Sequence record: OX638288
Source: Escherichia phage UP19
Strand: one strand, 5' to 3'
DNA: 64,000 nt
Shown here: positions 61,530 through 64,000 of the stretch, piece after piece
How positions within the stretch are numbered: position 1 is the stretch's first letter
How the letters are laid out: every line of letters starts with the position of its first letter
The notes under the pieces: model-generated
The model's database searches: none
What the model saw: only the letters and a program-made list of their open reading frames with translations
What the model was told of the DNA's origin: nothing
Translations under genes and position numbers: made by a program

Positions 61530-61545
61530 GGGCTTCGGCCCTTTT
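61529..61545 (+). terminator. candidate rho-independent terminator (short T-run)
   Basis: AGGGC-TTCG-GCCCT followed by TTTT. Confidence 0.45.
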
Positions 61546-61595
61546 ATGCTTTAAGTGAAATGGGATAATATTCTCCTACTACATGAGGAAATAAC

Positions 61596-63413
61596 ATGAT
61601 TAAGAATGAAATTAAAGTACTGTCCGACATTGAACATATCAAAAAACGTAGTGGGATGTATATTGGCTCAAGTGCTAATGAAGCCCACGGTCGATTCCTG
61701 TTCGGTAATTTTACCCAGGTGAACTATGTTCCTGGACTGGTTAAATTAATTGACGAAATCATTGATAACTCTGTCGATGAGGCTATTCGTACCAATTTTA
61801 AATTCGCAAATAAAATTGATGTTCAAATTAAGAATAACCAGGTTTCGGTTTCTGATAATGGCCGTGGTATTCCTCAAGCAATGGTTACTGACCAAAACGG
61901 TGAACAAATTCCAGGTCCTGTAGCTGCATGGACTATTCCAAAGGCCGGTGGTAACTTTGGAGATGACGCTGAGCGTAAGACAGGCGGCATGAACGGTGTT
62001 GGTAGTAGTTTAACTAATATCTTCTCTGTTTTGTTCACAGGCATCACCTCTGATGGTGAGAATGAGATTACTGTTAACTGTTCCAATGGAATGGAAAACA
62101 AAGGTTGGTCTACTAAGAAATCTAAAGGTAAGGGTACTTCGGTTATATTCACCCCAGACTTTAACCATTTCGAAGAAAATAGTCTGTCCCAAATTTATCT
62201 GGATATTACATTAGACCGTCTTCAAACACTGGCCGTAATTTATCCAGATATCCAATTTACTTTTAATGGTAAAAAAGTAGATGGTAACTTTAAAAAGTAT
62301 GCTAAGCAATTTGGTGAAGACTTTGTAATCCAAGAAACTGATAATGTTTCGATGGCATTTACTCCTTCTCCGGACGGGTTCCGTCAACTGACGTATGTAA
62401 ACAATATCCATACCAAGAATGGTGGCCACCACGTTGAATGTGTGTTTGATGATATTTGTGAGCACCTTCTGCCTGGTATTAAAAAGAAATATAAAGGAAT
62501 CGAAGTAACTAAGGCTCGTGTTAAAGAATGCCTTACTATGGTAATGTTCATTCGTGATATGAGCAATATGCGTTTTGATTCACAGACTAAAGAGCGATTA
62601 ACCTCTCCGTTTGGTGAGATTCGTAACCATATCCAAATTGATGCTAAGAAAATTGCAACGGCTATTCTTAAGGTCGATGGGTTGATTATGCCTATTGTCG
62701 AAGCCGCTTTAGCACGTAAACTCGCTGCTGAAAAAGCCGCCGAAACAAAAGCTGCTAAGAAAGCTTTGAAAGCCAAGGTCCATAAGCATATTAAAGCCAA
62801 TATGTATGGCAAAGACGCTGATACGACTTTATTCCTTACGGAAGGTGATTCTGCAATGGGTCCTTTCATTGAAGTTCGTAATAAAGACCTCCAAGGTGGT
62901 TATCCGTTACGCGGAAAGGTTATGAATACCTGGGGTATGACTGCTGCCGATATCATGAAGAACAAAGAATTGTTTGATATCTGTGCAATCACTGGACTGG
63001 TTATTGGTGAACCTGCAGATAAAACCAACTACCGAAATATCGCTATCATGACTGACGCCGATGTGGATGGTACTGGTTCGATTTATCCTTCGTTATTAGC
63101 TTTCTTTAGTCAGTGGCCGGAATTGTTTGAACAGGGACGAATTCGTTTCTGTAAGACTCCTGTAATTATTGCCCAGATTGGTAAAGAACAAGAATGGTTT
63201 TATGACGTTCCTAGTTATACCAAAGTCAAGGACTCTCTACCAAAACATTCTATTCGATATATCAAAGGTCTCGGTTCTCTTGAGAAAGCTGAATACCGTC
63301 GAATGATTCAGGACCCTAAATTTGATGTGGTTCAATTGCCTGAAGATTGGAAAGAACAGTTCGAAATGCTCCTTGGAAACGACCCTCAACTCCGTAAGGC
63401 TTGGATGTCGTAA
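61596..63413 (+). CDS. 39: DNA topoisomerase II large (ATPase, GyrB-like) subunit gp39 (605 aa)
   Basis: GyrB ATPase motifs; matches T4 gp39 as recalled. Confidence 0.95.
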   Translation: MIKNEIKVLSDIEHIKKRSGMYIGSSANEAHGRFLFGNFTQVNYVPGLVKLIDEIIDNSVDEAIRTNFKFANKIDVQIKNNQVSVSDNGRGIPQAMVTDQNGEQIPGPVAAWTIPKAGGNFGDDAERKTGGMNGVGSSLTNIFSVLFTGITSDGENEITVNCSNGMENKGWSTKKSKGKGTSVIFTPDFNHFEENSLSQIYLDITLDRLQTLAVIYPDIQFTFNGKKVDGNFKKYAKQFGEDFVIQETDNVSMAFTPSPDGFRQLTYVNNIHTKNGGHHVECVFDDICEHLLPGIKKKYKGIEVTKARVKECLTMVMFIRDMSNMRFDSQTKERLTSPFGEIRNHIQIDAKKIATAILKVDGLIMPIVEAALARKLAAEKAAETKAAKKALKAKVHKHIKANMYGKDADTTLFLTEGDSAMGPFIEVRNKDLQGGYPLRGKVMNTWGMTAADIMKNKELFDICAITGLVIGEPADKTNYRNIAIMTDADVDGTGSIYPSLLAFFSQWPELFEQGRIRFCKTPVIIAQIGKEQEWFYDVPSYTKVKDSLPKHSIRYIKGLGSLEKAEYRRMIQDPKFDVVQLPEDWKEQFEMLLGNDPQLRKAWMS

Positions 63414-63455
63414 TAAATACGTACGGTACATGAGTACCGTATAAAAGGAGACTTT

Positions 63456-63617
63456 ATGAGAAAGTACTGGGTTACGCTCGTCACAGGTGAATATGGTTAT
63501 CTCTGGACAGATACACGTCCTCTTTTTGCAGAGTACGTTACTATCACAGTTGAAACATGGGACGGCGAAGTTTACCAAACCCGTGGTCAAGTTTATAGAG
63601 TCGATTCAAGCAACTAA
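63456..63617 (+). CDS. small protein (53 aa), below ORF-track cutoff
   Basis: translated by eye; strong AAAAGGAG SD; preceded by hairpin ACGGTAC/GTACCGT. Confidence 0.45.
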   Translation: MRKYWVTLVTGEYGYLWTDTRPLFAEYVTITVETWDGEVYQTRGQVYRVDSSN

Positions 63618-63620
63618 TCA

Positions 63621-63639
63621 AGGGCCTTCGGGCCCTTTT
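63621..63639 (+). terminator. rho-independent terminator
   Basis: GGGCC-TTCG-GGCCC followed by TTTT. Confidence 0.65.
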
Positions 63640-63643
63640 CGGG

Positions 63644-63673
63644 GTTTACAACAGATTAAAAGTGTGATACGAT
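63644..63673 (+). promoter_or_regulatory. T4-type early promoter (GTTTAC 63644-63649, TACGAT 63668-63673)
   Basis: 18-nt spacer. Confidence 0.5.
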
Positions 63674-63691
63674 TCTCTAAGAGGTGAGAAT

Positions 63692-64000
63692 ATGATTATG
63701 CAAGATAATAGTATAGTGAACACTGATAACTTGGCTTTGTCCTTTATGGAGACCGCAATTCGCAATTGTAAAGACGAAGGAGTAGTGATTACAAGCGGCA
63801 AGGGACTAGAATATCTCAAGGCTGTAAAATCTATTGCCTTAAAGATTAAAGATAACCAGGAGCTCTCTCCTGTTGTCCAGGAAAAGGTTTTAGAGATAAT
63901 GTATCGCCACAGAGAGCATAAAAGTACAATGGGTTCTATGAGAAGAATTCTGGCTGAACTGGGTTCTACCAGAGAATATGTTCAACATGAGGTAGTTAAA
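63692..64000 (+). CDS. hypothetical protein, 3'-truncated by window end
   Basis: ATG after GAGGTGAGAA; open frame runs to window end. Confidence 0.5.
   Translation, partial: MIMQDNSIVNTDNLALSFMETAIRNCKDEGVVITSGKGLEYLKAVKSIALKIKDNQELSPVVQEKVLEIMYRHREHKSTMGSMRRILAELGSTREYVQHEVVK

Noticed and set aside
62384-62869. 161-aa minus-strand ORF
   Set aside because: Lies entirely inside the strongly supported topoisomerase gene 39 on the + strand; shadow ORF.
3479-63673. Recurring 'gatactatagacctatcaa' units looked superficially like a repeat array or CRISPR
   Set aside because: Copies are kilobases apart, each sits upstream of an ORF, and they match the T4 early promoter architecture (GTTTAC, 17 nt, TAcTAT). 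No short regular spacers.
1-64000. tRNA genes, rRNA, CRISPR arrays, integrase or other temperate-phage elements
   Set aside because: No cloverleaf-like or rRNA-like segments spotted by eye and coding density is very high; the T4 tRNA cluster would lie beyond the window start. Cannot fully exclude small RNAs without a scan.

Overview
This 64-kb window is a segment of a T4-like (Tevenvirinae) myovirus genome, co-linear with the T4 early/middle region. Recognisable orthologues, in order and essentially all on the + strand, are: nudE, e (lysozyme), denV, regB, rI, tk, nrdC, 49, 55, 47, 46, rpbA, 45, 44, 62, regA, 43, imm, a gene-42 homologue, uvsX, 41, sp, 61, 56, soc, two mod-type ADP-ribosyltransferases, srd, dda, dexA and 39. 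By recollection the DNA polymerase looks RB69-type rather than T4-type. Between the conserved genes lie many small ORFs, most preceded by a repeated T4-type early promoter cassette (GTTTAC, 17-18 nt spacer, TAcTAT or TATAAT, often inside a stem-loop). Rho-independent terminators with a UUCG loop and a few TATAAATA late promoters are also visible. The most interesting locus is 39.5-44.3 kb: the T4 alpha- and beta-glucosyltransferase genes are absent, and the interval between imm and uvsX instead holds a lipoprotein, a nucleotidyltransferase-kinase fusion, a HAD phosphatase, a P-loop kinase, a divergent thymidylate-synthase-fold hydroxymethylase and a 297-aa ORF in the beta-gt slot. I read this as a candidate DNA hypermodification module. 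Other notable items are a tandem array of five small paralogues with a conserved C-terminal W-x-S-S-S-x-x-C motif, capsid-targeting internal-protein genes flanking denV, a macro-domain protein, two Pol-beta-type nucleotidyltransferase-like proteins, an AAA+ ATPase, a GIY-YIG homing endonuclease between 46 and rpbA, and the absence of nrdD/nrdG between 49 and 55. All family assignments are from motif reading and recollection of T4/RB69 sequences; no database search was run.
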